64,000 bases of DNA from Candidatus Nomurabacteria bacterium (GTDB taxonomy: Bacteria > Patescibacteriota > Minisyncoccia > Phycocordibacterales > UBA918), in contig JACKGF010000001.1 in NCBI GenBank assembly GCA_020632095.1, positions 70,549 through 134,548 of the forward strand. The letters are read 5' to 3'. How positions within the stretch are numbered: the first letter of the stretch is position 1; each line of letters starts with the position of its first letter. The position numbers were made by a program, and so were the translations under genes. Below are positions 51,701 to 56,326 of the stretch, in pieces. The notes below the pieces were generated by a model, which was not told the origin of the DNA, did no database searches, and saw only the letters and a program-made list of their open reading frames with translations.

Positions 51701-54133
51701 GCCAATGCTGGTTATACAGGGGGAACAAACATCGCTCTTAATGCAACAACCACGAATAGTTGGTCGGTGACTGGTGCATACGGAAACTTATGGGGAGAAG
51801 CCTATGACATCGACGGAACAGATGACTGTAGTTCAATTCGTTGGGACGATAGTGCTTGTCTCTTGACTGAACAAACCACTTTCCGCTGGAGGAATGATGA
51901 TGGAGGGGAAGGGGCACCAGCCAGTACTTGGTATAACGGAAGTTGGAGCGCTCGAAAACGAGTCAGAGTAATTAACGCCGATCCTACTGCTTACACTGAT
52001 GTGGCCGTTAAACTAACCGTAGCGTACGATTCTGATATGCAGACAGACTTTGATGAATTACGATTTACCGATAGTTCTGGTACTAATATTATTCCGCACT
52101 GGATAGAGAGTTACACTACAGGTGTAACAGCCCAAGTCTGGGTTAAAGTACCAACTCTAGCCACCAGCAGTGCGACTGAGATATTTATGTACTACGGTAA
52201 CGTATCGGCTACCTCAACTAGTGATCCAAGTAACGTGTTTGAGATTTACGATGATTTTGAGGACGATGACATTGTTGAGTATTCAGGGGATACATCTTTG
52301 TTTAACACGGCTGGAACCTTTGCTTATGGGGGAGGTTTTGGCCTTGATACAGCTGGACACGAAAGCTCTAAAGCGACAGATGGTATTGCGCGAACTGATA
52401 TTACAGTTGCTCAGGGTCAAATTATTCGCTTTATGCAGTATGTTGATACAGGAGTCGGTTCTGGCGATGAGGTTTGTACTTTGTTTGGTGTGCAGTCTCC
52501 GGTGACTATAAATAATAACTACGCTGTTTGTATCGAGCAGTATGGTGTGGATAGAATATCTCTGGTTAAAAATGCTCAAAACGCTGATACTTCTGGTACT
52601 GTCTTAGCTTCCGCTAATGTTTCTTATAGTACCGGTTGGTACGAGGTTGAAGTGGACTGGAAAACAACTAACCAAATGGATGTGTCATTATTTAATTCTG
52701 CTGGAACATTAGTTGCTACTACATCTGCAATCGACAGTACGTATACTTCAGGAGGAATCGGATTTACTTATTGGGGTCAGAACGGTGGTTGGGATAGTTA
52801 TGTATCGTGGCCACGCACTAAGACAAAGCCAACTGCCTATTTCGGTGCGGAGCAAGTAACAGGAGGAGCTACTTGGGCGGCTGCTCAGGACACAGCGGTT
52901 GGAGGCTTTGCTTTTGGTGCTGTGGCTCGGCTTCGAATTGGTGTAGAGAATACAGGTTTACCGATTACTAACCAAAACTTCAGATTGGAATTTGCACCAA
53001 AATTAACTGCTCCAAGTTGTGAGGGGGTAGATGCTGGATCGTTTGTGGCGGTGCCAAATGTGGCTAGCTGTGGTTCGTCTGCAATTTGTATGAAAGCCTC
53101 AGCGCATATTAGTGACAATGCTAACACTACTGATCATTTGCTAACTGAGGCGGGATTATTTGTGGCAGGTAAGACAGTGACAAATAGTAGTAATCAGACC
53201 TCAAATCTCAATATTGACCAAAATCGTTACACCGAGCTTGAATACGCTATTACTCTGACTGTTAATGCTACTAACGACGCTTATTGTTTCCGAGTGACTG
53301 ATGGTGGCTCGAGTTTGGATTCATACGCCAAATTAGCTGAACTGACTCTGGCTTTTGATCCAGTATTGGGTGCTGTATCGTTAAATAATGGTATGGACAT
53401 TGCTCTTTCTCCTGGTGCTACAACTACAATCATAGCTACAACAACTGTTTCAGATTATAACGGTGTGGCTGACTTGAATGTGGCAACCACCACTTTCTAC
53501 AAAACATCAGCTACTGCCAGCTGTACTCCTGATAATAATAATTGTTATGTTGCCTCTAGTACTGCCTGTGTGTTCTCTGACTGTACAGCTACCAGTTGTA
53601 CCCTTACTTGTAGCGCTGACTTCCAATTCCATGCTGACGCGACTGATGCGGACGGAGGTGAAGAATGGTTTGCCTTTATGGAAGTATCAGATATGTCGGG
53701 GGCAACAGACTTTGATACATCAATGGGAGTTGAAGTTTTGACACTTCGAGCCCTTGAGGTGCAAAATGCAATTGGTTACGGAACAGTTGATATCAATCAA
53801 AACACTGGAACCTACAATCCATCAGTTTCGCTACAGAACTATGGTAATGAGGCTATTGATGTCCAGATTGCTGGTACGGATATGACCGACGGGGTAGCGT
53901 CAGTTATTCCAGCCTCAGAGCAATTGTTCTCAACTTCAACCTTCGATTATGTTTCTTGTAGTAGCTGTAACTCATTGTCAGTCACTGGTACTAATGTTGA
54001 GGTCGATTTGAGTAAACCAGTGGTAGATACGCCATATGTGTCAGATGATATTTACTGGGGAATTGAAGTACCGTTTGGTACTGCTAGTAACCCGCACAGT
54101 GGTGTAAATACCTTTACCGCAATTTCTGATTAG
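30734..54133 (+). CDS. giant (7799 aa) secreted adhesin-like surface protein: six DUF2341+LamG (Laminin_G_3-like) modules, FN3/Ig-like domains, beta-helix-like repeat tracts, tandem ~290-aa modules and a Cys-rich C-terminal domain
   Basis: The ORF is uninterrupted, with an SD and N-terminal signal anchor MYKVDKKSHKILIFSILVSLIIFSAYFVHA. Recurrent modules read TDFPVY[IV]D[LM]STLG..FW..V..DGRDIR[IV]T...ELP.DLV.ID..A.TGELHFLA...YY.N....A...S.YG..AVW..Y.AV.HF, followed by a jelly-roll ending IDELRFA. Module starts fall near nt 33.5, 34.6, 41.1, 42.7 and 44.7 kb, with a variant near 52.0 kb. The FN3-like motifs WRVRADDPGG and WRVRAKDPNGG are also present. Confidence 0.85.
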   Translation: MYKVDKKSHKILIFSILVSLIIFSAYFVHAQFFSNAYVVRTINVFPSVVESEGWNNVETITFQNLGEYALLQEFNTINSATLDEDYWSHDTGTSTSGTPEPVVNDNDVEVTPVPEVEFEFSVPSTGDSVVPQDMIDYEVPVVSQTSTEDVQIVVPEPEVVLPEEEAVESGTTTVLRRAGSLFSLAVSTVTSLLDGSSSTEAVNPSVSLGVAAEDSTALSDEVIETTIDEAEVVEVVPEPKVLTTEDVVEDPVNEVVEISAPEESIPSTTVSIDTEKLVEDIPVVETDPVVETIDEVVDLPDVLDIISDSLTSVESDAHVACTDDCQPFTITLSDFGYPIGEGVEVTGAQLRLSVGAEKKQSRERIPSLDIRYTIDDGQTWNSAGLILIEDQVSSGINGGYYLFALQEVISQETLNTLKVEISYQDNPEIVKGLFVESAWLELFTLEAPEEPVSSDILELLANDGYDDTLMSGDKLISPEGDKIEFDFTDDNKNETLIIKSDKVSYSGLSEVTTYFSVTNTTDADDEFSLQTYFPSGVGEVKNIEVYNRNKPRDAVIPEYRPYVYNCEAGWEYAGEFVPQTLEELSQKLAESLSEEVDNGSLVEPDVQVGVPEETIETSVDEGVETKDVPSPAADSSSEIEVDFAIPETSPADEASFDETITNNTTTVLNLLNTTSKLLQSDIITTTDEALVNDVQTDPVVNLSESGDEKVPAYTCRNTNVVRECDELDGENTACLVKQVKVDEHPVTQYAPGWDKVDLETGGLPKASLLRRMAEFVGFGPDKKEVPDAFEVRSHTGKQYVVKAGETKYFKMDISFPPFSNGEYWIEAIGDSEYGLLDPFWSSQWQYRMPIRVPNPTGSSQSEYQMFFELDSSLTDFWSNVNSDGSDVRFVQEVVKGNLVDENNPEFDNPYDKDWTGRMAITIPATSVSTGLADFPVYIDMSTLGPAFWSGVASDGRDIRITKQDGVSELPYDLVEIDTTAETGELHFLANALSSVSDNTFHIYYNNPSATAYASTSQYGSQAVWANYEAVYHFSDDPTAVTNVITDFTGNGQELEVEGAALATTTGAMGTALDMTGSTGVLRDVGDDWGWTAGDDLVSSGLYFQSAVSGEALWEFGSTANPNWAGYMPWYANADPTIGRGYMYFGLNQNGTWNRNTAVWHHFTTIAPSTAGNLHGIYDNGVLELSGTQNVTDPSNLGGLQVGRWTTGGSYNGIIDELRFAADDTVYTPGWISTEHLNQTDPTTFYSTSTKLTGGGSREGWYSTSWENRTKFTLAQSSDLTDFPVYLDLATLGDDFFNNVASDGRDIRITNGDNTAELPFELVSIDTGAKTGELYFKTDLTADASTDYYIYYNNSDAAAYAKTAIYGAENVWTNGYVAVYHLEEDMAGISNANVYKDSTSNQYDGDDENSSDGKLGLFGAGQEFGDSQNDYLSLPKEVLDGTTNVSVSWWHNSSTTGDMTITSGANSSDANEFWDRLNNNNRVYIYSQGQQELATIDNSDTYNDGTWQYYMTIRDYDAQYKSMVRNGVLDAQSPIVSNPVIAAHTIDNGGLVIGQDQDSVGGGFSSSENFEGFLDELRYADVVRDPSWAAAEYENMANQSSFISTSTAETLSATNFVELDFWIQHFDDTADEADIWVQLESLPAGEDTIIYMYYGNSGAASASDELATFSYSTSTDIYYVVDDSGASSVTVESLVDNNEVAIDGGTPVSLNQGESTTFGTFTGASVISVLGPISGTVTGASSDGSDMIVPISFATTTFAIPTNRNTNRWYIVSPFASSTIRTYIAAAGSPSQTLNAATGTVVTSTTEVPNSGQGVDGSGLVIDATAPVLAIHRSTNPGDGLTLYPPTNRDLFGVTSNFMHVSALASNSDPTVTCSTGAGGTITGITRGDHEADASCTAAAEGAGSAVRLSGQASPITALQQADSDGTDSSMYWPQHEFGTRYAMTNSTGYVAVVCSPRFGSVDLEVQDTLGNTVSTGTCTPSGSNPGKAYFNNGNGTDGDAVNYTGGHQIVSTNGEPFYMMYEDVSVDQDEKNAAGPVQGRKFDGIVRDIYQFGNQEIANPTEYEQLSYLWYQNSLSNTPTSTWENSPGEYLVEAQNITGAGAVDNGDVLRLRINAVGSNATATANTQAFNLQYAAASTGQCSTATAWNDVGQQGSTTAVFNGYNNSGVADGEDLVTSTLASTTVLGTYEERNYSDFIPSQVNPGDVVEWDWVITANDIAVNSNYCFRMVKATGEVFETYTAYPELETVGPPSTPVNLLFFDNENTAVLTPVLEFYAIDNSNDDINYQIQIDDDYDFSSVVLDKNSDTNFLQFENLAVPSDKSPFNSGQRVRFTGLTGLTPTTTYYWRVRADDPGGSATTSDWSEPFSFTTDTTVTVSEWMQTTGRQFDTNSLTSLSTSSGAVTMIGSTGQMTSTPIYFNNGSVGNAWGEVSWNDTETSGTILISVQYNNNGSWTLVPDSLIPGNSLGTSTSPINLLELDTSTYGQIRLVANFAGTTLSLQDWKVKWGLRVETPDLGDLFDNQKTPDLLPVFDFVSSDPQGDDLEYEISFSTDYNFITSSSTYNSSVDAGFIDTVAGTSSSPFGSGNRVTYTKQAGSPFVDGNTYWWRVRAKDPNGGDSWSPWSVQDSFTVDVATTLSTWFQTTRAQFSQGVLDGTIATSGGAVIVSEDIGEYGTATLTNNNWLTINTQRDYTNMVVTASPEYAGPLWSGARTPRVRNKTSNSFEIKVDDYTDAFSGSTVVDYMVMEAGDWIIQDGGSGVRILADTVSVSGVQNQPYANNVGTDITFSPAFSAAPVALTTVSSDNETAWVATNVDDGTTSTAEVTTTNMGIALSLSRSGTTHSTPEDVDYMVIEPGSGTNKGVKFKSMNSTDNVDDYQTNGGYGQALAAGFSVAPGVTVIANNGTDGGDGGFAYKNLSGSQTAGSLFMSIHEMGATADQHTQEIVSIMAFENSSGLIARLNAGNLSGTFAGEDIIFSDGAGPKFDNFAWNDSTPATSEILYQIEYEVSDGVYALIPDSQIPGNSTGTTTSPIDLTNVDIDAYPIIRAFATLTCGGGSCPQLDDWQLEWSEGVNMSGTLKEYDRTTNVATGTVKVAVNGSPVAGTGSVVAGVWTFNNVTAFNGDIINVWVDGAAESEEAVAAFVYDGLGDISGVELFEQHLSISSDEDGTVTNALLALYDNSVSANEDIFYEVDASNNLVVCGVGSCADANIYVGPGDKYIASAVTAVSVTAHDLINDGSIELDTNTFNISGSWDNNATSSTDTATINMTAATGTESVSSTETPLKFHNMSFGSGAGDATFTIPTDLDLSGNLTVASGTLDRGSYKINLAGSLLTGAGGYWVGTATTTFDGGSGKTWTDNNPVKQNVGDVVIDGASAFVSVTTDVAAYDVTIGYNDTLAGGSAHTIYVAGDWTNNGTFNAGTSRVEIVVDDRTYPPVVPGSADWYADSNFDKRLAVVVDSNEVPGTLTDFPIFVDLSTLGNSFWTDVAGNGKDIRVTSDDGQTELPHDLVAIDNTAKTGELHFLADSVSGSTSTTFYIYFDNPSATAPSAGSQYGSEAVWKGYEAVWHFNEVPSLGATLHDATGNGRNLVVDTEALATTSGQMGVAVDLAGSTGILTDDDYSWTAGDKLVSSGWYYQAAASTEALWSWGTSNDYIFMPWYSGTTGYFRFGSSAGGTNYVISPRNGTIWHHFSTLAPTSTGATMNVYEDSILRDTTPLQVDDPTAGPLQIGRYQTAGSLEGSIDELRFSTTTQSTNWVQAEYSNQKHPTIFYATTSVQTYVPDLVIDEATHDILAGGSSFYDLYFNDATTSPAFVSTSAVVSNDFTIASGTVALPTGKLTIGGSFLNTGYFMHNNSEIEFNGAGAETITLSGTDFFNVLYDVTFSGSGSWVITDTNATTSNDFIINSGTVTFPSGVLNIGGTLDVNSGGFNANGGTVYFTSAVNESVVTLGSSFNNVIFGSSEPAEQWYDQAWNYRTAIVIASSSVYSTLTDFPVYVDLSTLGTDFWDNVTLDGRGLRMTQGDGITEVPIDLVSINVGAQTGELHFLANQLSSTADTTFYLYHNNSDALTAEADSTYGSQAVWAGYAAVYHFNDDPTLGVTDESGHGKDLSPLVGTPVISTGKIGNALDTTGSSILMGDSDWTWTAGEDLVSSGWYYQTAVDAGALWQWGDATGSNNDTWLAFMPWYTGTTGYHRFGVTTGDTYSFARTGTEWHHFTTNGMATPGLTNEIFEDALVRDTLTQTVTNPTNTGLKVGRYQTGNYYNALIDELRFATTSRSYEWVQTEYANQSDASSFYTSNTETYLEVVPSFTLNESVTDVDGDVTIQYANLVSPSSNFKIGGSALNIFSSYDPNNATTTFDSTDTGETVQFGVGAFYNLAFDGVGGGWTIATTTVNNDASLLNGYDFTLQSGTVLSVGGRFTNDFNAASTTWAGTTLSLSGGDYTVTHRLDSGDDYAKVIVSGDSDIVIWNSSISTSSVRDNSSLYLPDYGGSNGLLRIYGEYTRSSGTEYWSYATDFDGTDLTGGGERPVTVEIGRAAEVTMATGTTLSIIGDSAASTTIDAITGIYDLTVNAGTLDATYFTVTGAGPEGLHLTNGTILNQLSSAEFNVAGGRSGITADADTINAQPSTEFSLVNFATSSFTSIYEPAWTEQVVVTIQSSVVTEDLTNYPVYINLADLGDTFWSNVQSDGRDIRVTTNKGIELPIDLVEINAVAKTGELHFLASNISSNENTAFYIHFGNPSATAYAQSDEYGANAVWIGYEAVYHFNEDPTVRITDVSGNGRDLLPTVGTAATTTGLLGTAIDTTAGNVRLENTGWTWTPGEDLISSGLYFQSAFDTGALWQFGSGNGTNNGSYLAFLPWYDNATRGYHYFGITTGGDYNFARNNTIWHHFTTIGRAADGALNEFYQDNILRDTVAQITSSANPTNTGLRIGAYQTTTYMDIDIDELRFATTTRSAGWIDTQYRNLTNRSTFYATSSAQTTTYNVTADGVPSTFWRFSGGIGDLYGEAFDNDDGDPGSIQWDDSNFAISISGTVYSDDGVTPATAPLCNNSTEVVTVVLDGVTTYTAPCDPLDGTFTVSGISYTGEPQIVTYINSEATASQVNVGIYDEITGNGNVTSNLMTVSRPAVVDGSVLVLIAGKDDDINFNAPPAGWVAVDVLGNTTGDNITTGIWYKVVATAGTEPATYDFSVTDAGEGFSYWMGSLINVDTSTPIDVASVWSKLQNQTDPVAQGINTVTNGALVLSAWYSYIDTETVAPIYDWSARAENILDSANNNLTVVSRLMTTAGDTGSTSISGVISTRETHVGQFAFRPASSPTATGTMVAAAVTKTPLGSTGAPYETVELRDQRNGFGTVLNGANIVVNRPAVQNGDVMFAIIGKEDDFSITPPAGWVIGADRLEATGNDMYSAIWYHEVTNAGSEPATYDFLSNDDTIEEYSYWVGSFSGVDTTNVFDVTPAWSNLQNDSSPAAPTLTTTKAGAYVLAAWYVIDDGAMDMPAAPWKTLAQDLQVANRLLAVSGRPMPTVGATGAAVLTGGSVDDVNVGQFAIRPAPVSVASNITDMDLYQDRVIVRHEDILPLTIADMTVFDNGDDSDLPFTASTGSPDLLTVLSGSGLVVWNNRTFDSGGQVVLAGAGATSADGSLLVNQSGIFKANGSDGVSIGGSLYLDTSGSFVGATSNVDFTATNAGQTIGAAGSATITFNDISFSGVDGNWAVQTPIVSETGINVATGTLSGTNNITVNTGSFKGNGTVNMTGGTTLVKRANTFGGTTPWTLYNLTLGDGTHSEITTPATNATTTVSNVLTIATSHFLNAYGSVWDLQGSGNPFVENGTFVEATSTVRYSGATPNIKRTAYYNLVVDNDGASTVVATAPTTGLQVLKNFTVGALGTSTINVTTNDPTFGVGGKVYIGTKGTLIASNSQTLTAQGDWENDGTFTSSGGTVAFTKSSGSATIAAGNSTFGNVSITGTANYTISENATTTGSLTLSAGTFTLASGQRLAVGGSFSSTMSNVNTTWTGTTLYLYSGTSYTINAKTKSETFENIITGDGTHPRVWNATTTSVVTDGASSLYSMNHQGVVGSLMIYGDYVNSSYSDYWDYAKNFDGVALGSSRQAVVTIENGGSVKYQGGSLELVGSTTASTTVAVEGGSGTYDFTIGGTTAVNMNYYQFRNTTIDGLVFTGAPSVSDISHGDFEVAIDGGSTMTVGGAVITANPALNFTGIRMATTTAINAYNVTATGTSASAWRFVNVVGNLDGEAKDNDPGGDPGYVTWQDSAAIINISGTVYSDEGSSVSAACDGTTNNVILSVHGLSIASTTCNGDGLGGGTGDYSFVGVNFGLGNTLTVYIGGETEKAATVTKDPISSLSNMDLYENRVIVRHESAAAMTIAAMSVWDSSDDADIPFTAVNAGTDTLDLPADFKLLVWDSKKFTPAGNVTVPGGGSGSAFDGTIELQDNALFTAANGETHTFGGSFISGTNAVFNAAQSSVTFTSAVAGRTININNDDFYNLTFNGAGDWTITDSLINVGGNLTITAGDIVLPTGATTITGSFNNNGGTFNANGGSLVFNSTASGKTVKFGGSDANTVRFAGTAGTWTMSDTNATATDSFTVATGTVTLPTGVLTVGDDFVVKSAVTHAGGEVKVTGTGGGNLVTLAASTLGSLTIDAGAGDYTLTDASAALTKNLTIQSGSFTVGTGTLSVGGSFDASAGTFTQTAGTVLFNSSDTGEIINAGANIFYNLVLAGAGGGWTIVENATTTNNFTLSLGSSFTLSSGKILSIGGVFTNTLGGSATNWTGSTLALRSGTEYETNVKTTPVEYYDTLILDPNTDISSWNSVATTTVIPSTSSWYSQDHGSVDGSLYVYGDYHIATTTEYWSRATDFDGVALGSPRAVSVKIADGSVITVEGGGLRIIGTAAATSTVANQGSGDYTFKVKGGIFNASYYSFRNLDIDGLRLSGAPTITSLSNGDFAQAENSSKLITASSTVINANASLVITDTSFANAGYTGGTNIALNATTTNSWSVTGAYGNLWGEAYDIDGTDDCSSIRWDDSACLLTEQTTFRWRNDDGGEGAPASTWYNGSWSARKRVRVINADPTAYTDVAVKLTVAYDSDMQTDFDELRFTDSSGTNIIPHWIESYTTGVTAQVWVKVPTLATSSATEIFMYYGNVSATSTSDPSNVFEIYDDFEDDDIVEYSGDTSLFNTAGTFAYGGGFGLDTAGHESSKATDGIARTDITVAQGQIIRFMQYVDTGVGSGDEVCTLFGVQSPVTINNNYAVCIEQYGVDRISLVKNAQNADTSGTVLASANVSYSTGWYEVEVDWKTTNQMDVSLFNSAGTLVATTSAIDSTYTSGGIGFTYWGQNGGWDSYVSWPRTKTKPTAYFGAEQVTGGATWAAAQDTAVGGFAFGAVARLRIGVENTGLPITNQNFRLEFAPKLTAPSCEGVDAGSFVAVPNVASCGSSAICMKASAHISDNANTTDHLLTEAGLFVAGKTVTNSSNQTSNLNIDQNRYTELEYAITLTVNATNDAYCFRVTDGGSSLDSYAKLAELTLAFDPVLGAVSLNNGMDIALSPGATTTIIATTTVSDYNGVADLNVATTTFYKTSATASCTPDNNNCYVASSTACVFSDCTATSCTLTCSADFQFHADATDADGGEEWFAFMEVSDMSGATDFDTSMGVEVLTLRALEVQNAIGYGTVDINQNTGTYNPSVSLQNYGNEAIDVQIAGTDMTDGVASVIPASEQLFSTSTFDYVSCSSCNSLSVTGTNVEVDLSKPVVDTPYVSDDIYWGIEVPFGTASNPHSGVNTFTAISD

Positions 54134-54138
54134 TTAGT

Positions 54139-55728
54139 ATGTATCCTATGAATTTAAAAAAGTGGCGTGATACACTAATAGCTATGAGGAAAGTTTTGAA
54201 TTTGTTCTTGGTGCCAGTGATATGTCTTGCTCTGGTGTTATTATCAATGCCAGTTTTTACTGTATCGGCTGAGGATAGTACTGCTCCAGAAATCAGTAAC
54301 GTTCAGTTGATTGATGTATCGGACACTAGTGTAACTGTAACCTGGGAAACGGATGAAGATGCTGATTCTTTGGTTAACTATGGATTGCAACCGGATTACG
54401 GAATTGTACGTATTCCAGTAGCTGATCGCACCTCCCATTCAATTACTCTTAGTGACCTTGATCCGGGCAGGGTTTACTACTTTAGAGTGGTTTCGGCTGA
54501 TGAAAGTGGTAATCAGGGTATTTCGGCGGACTATCGAGTACAAACTTCTGGTACGCCACAAACGGGTGAGGGAGAAGGTACTGGACAGGCTGCCGCTGAA
54601 GGGGCTGGTAAAGGACCTCAGGATGGTATTGGTGATGGAGGTAGTTCAAATAATAATAGTGATTTAGCTACCCAAGAAATTATTGAGAAGATAAATCAAA
54701 TTATTAATCCAAAACAGTTGCAAGAAATTCTTAATGAAACAGTCAAGGCAATTGAAGGGATAACAGAAGACCTGACTATCGTTGGTCCGCCAACAGTTAT
54801 CCCAGAAACCACCACAGCATTAATTAAATGGAATACAGACCGTGAAGCTTCGTCAGAAGTCCTTTTCTCTCCAACTAAAAGTTTCGACGGGACAAATTTT
54901 GAATTTTCACAACAATCAACTGGTGGAGATGTGACCGAGCATGAGATTAATGTTATTGGACTAGATGCTTTCACAGAATATAGTTTTAAGGTTATTTCAA
55001 CCGATGGTTATGGAATTAGGGGGGAGAGTAAGGTTTATAAATTTAAGACCAAAGCAACCGCACCAGGGATTCGTAATTTGCGAGTCCTTAAAGTAGAAGA
55101 AAACGCCGCTACTTTAGCTTGGGATACAAATGTACCGGCTAAAGCCTTGGTTGAATACCAGGATCAGACTACTGGGGCTCAGAACTCAGTTGGTCGACCA
55201 ACTCTGTCCACTTCTCACCAAATGCGCTTGGCTGATTTGACTTTGGGTACGCGGTACGTGGCTTTTGTGACAGCTGAAAACTCTGGCGGAGACCGAGTAA
55301 AAAGTCAGCCAATTCAGTTTATTACAGTGCGAGATATTGCCGCTCCGATTATCACTAACGTTACCAATGAGTCAACTCTTTTCCCTGGTAGTGAGTCAAG
55401 AATTCAGACTATTATTGAATGGGATACTGATGAACCAGCACTTTGTTTGATGACTTATCAAGAAGGTGTGGCGGGAGCTTCTGAGTCCTATACTATTGAA
55501 AAAGAGGTAATCTCATATATTGAAAAGCACGTGGAAGTGGTGGTAGATTTTGCACCAGCGACGGTTTATCAGTTTTATTTGACTTGTGAGGATGAGGCCG
55601 GTAATAGTATCAAGTCTGATAATTTTGTGTTGTTTACGCCGATTCAGGAGAAGAATATTATTGACTTGATATTGGAGAACTTCCAGTCAACCTTCGGTTG
55701 GGTTAAGAATATCAGCGGAGGAGGTTAG
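54139..55728 (+). CDS. membrane-anchored protein with four fibronectin type III-like domains
   Basis: Starts 5 nt after the giant gene stop. N-terminal TM, then repeated FN3 signatures (APEISNVQLIDVSDTSVTVTWETDEDADSLVNYG...YYFRVVSADESGN). Confidence 0.6.
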   Translation: MYPMNLKKWRDTLIAMRKVLNLFLVPVICLALVLLSMPVFTVSAEDSTAPEISNVQLIDVSDTSVTVTWETDEDADSLVNYGLQPDYGIVRIPVADRTSHSITLSDLDPGRVYYFRVVSADESGNQGISADYRVQTSGTPQTGEGEGTGQAAAEGAGKGPQDGIGDGGSSNNNSDLATQEIIEKINQIINPKQLQEILNETVKAIEGITEDLTIVGPPTVIPETTTALIKWNTDREASSEVLFSPTKSFDGTNFEFSQQSTGGDVTEHEINVIGLDAFTEYSFKVISTDGYGIRGESKVYKFKTKATAPGIRNLRVLKVEENAATLAWDTNVPAKALVEYQDQTTGAQNSVGRPTLSTSHQMRLADLTLGTRYVAFVTAENSGGDRVKSQPIQFITVRDIAAPIITNVTNESTLFPGSESRIQTIIEWDTDEPALCLMTYQEGVAGASESYTIEKEVISYIEKHVEVVVDFAPATVYQFYLTCEDEAGNSIKSDNFVLFTPIQEKNIIDLILENFQSTFGWVKNISGGG

Positions 55729-56076
55729 GTATAGGGGTTATATACAATTTTGTATCGCCATGTTCCAGCGATTTGGCCTTGGAATGAGCCAAATCGGGAA
55801 CTAAATTCGAAATAATCGCTCCCGCTCATTTTCTCATTTATTCGGTTGGGTTAAGAATATCAGCGGAGGAGGTTAGGTATAGGGGTTATATACAATTTTG
55901 TATCGCCATGTTCCAGCGATTTGGCCTTGGAATGAGCCAAATCGGGAACTAAATTCGAAATAATCGCTCCCGCTCATTTTCTCATTTATTCGGTTGGGTT
56001 AAGAATATCAGCGGAGGAGGTTAGGTATAGGGGTTATATACAATTTTGTATCGCCATGTTCCAGCGATTTGGCCTT
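55691..56076 (+). repeat. tandem array (about 2.6 copies of 148 bp), each copy carrying the last 36 nt plus stop of gene 54139..55728 and a structured hairpin
   Basis: Unit: ttcggttgggttaagaatatcagcggaggaggttag + gtataggggttatatacaattttgtatcgccatgttccag + hairpin cgatttggc/gccaaatcg + ggaactaaattcgaaataatcgctcccgctcattttctcattta. Copies start at 55691, 55841 and 55989. Confidence 0.85.
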
Positions 56077-56078
56077 GG

Positions 56079-56326
56079 AAGGGGAATAATATGAGTAAAA
56101 TATTTTATAGTATAGGATTTTTGACTGCGTTCGGGTTTACGTTCTAGTAATTTGCCCTAGGAAGGGGAATAATATGAGTAAAATATTTTATAGTATAGGA
56201 TTTTTGACTGCGTTCGGGTTTACGTTCTAGTAATTTGCCCTAGGAAGGGGAATAATATGAGTAAAATATTTTATAGTATAGGATTTTTGACTGCGTTCGG
56301 GTTTACGTTCTAGTAATTTGCCCTAG
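56079..56326 (+). repeat. perfect 3x tandem repeat of an 83-bp unit, each containing an SD-like GGAAGGGG and an 18-codon mini-ORF
   Basis: Unit: gaaggggaataat + ATG AGT AAA ATA TTT TAT AGT ATA GGA TTT TTG ACT GCG TTC GGG TTT ACG TTC TAG + taatttgccctag. The mini-ORFs lie at 56091-56147, 56174-56230 and 56257-56313 and encode MSKIFYSIGFLTAFGFTF. Confidence 0.85.

Noticed and set aside
31183-52579. Numerous 60-130-aa ORFs on other frames and strands inside the giant gene
   Set aside because: All are embedded in the 23.4-kb sense ORF. Low-complexity or repeat-driven frames such as these are expected by chance in a gene this long.
55691-56076. Diversity-generating retroelement (TR/VR) hypothesis for gene-tail copies downstream of genes
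   Set aside because: The copies are identical to the gene tails and show no adenine-specific substitutions. They are only 15-38 nt long, and there is no reverse transcriptase gene nearby.
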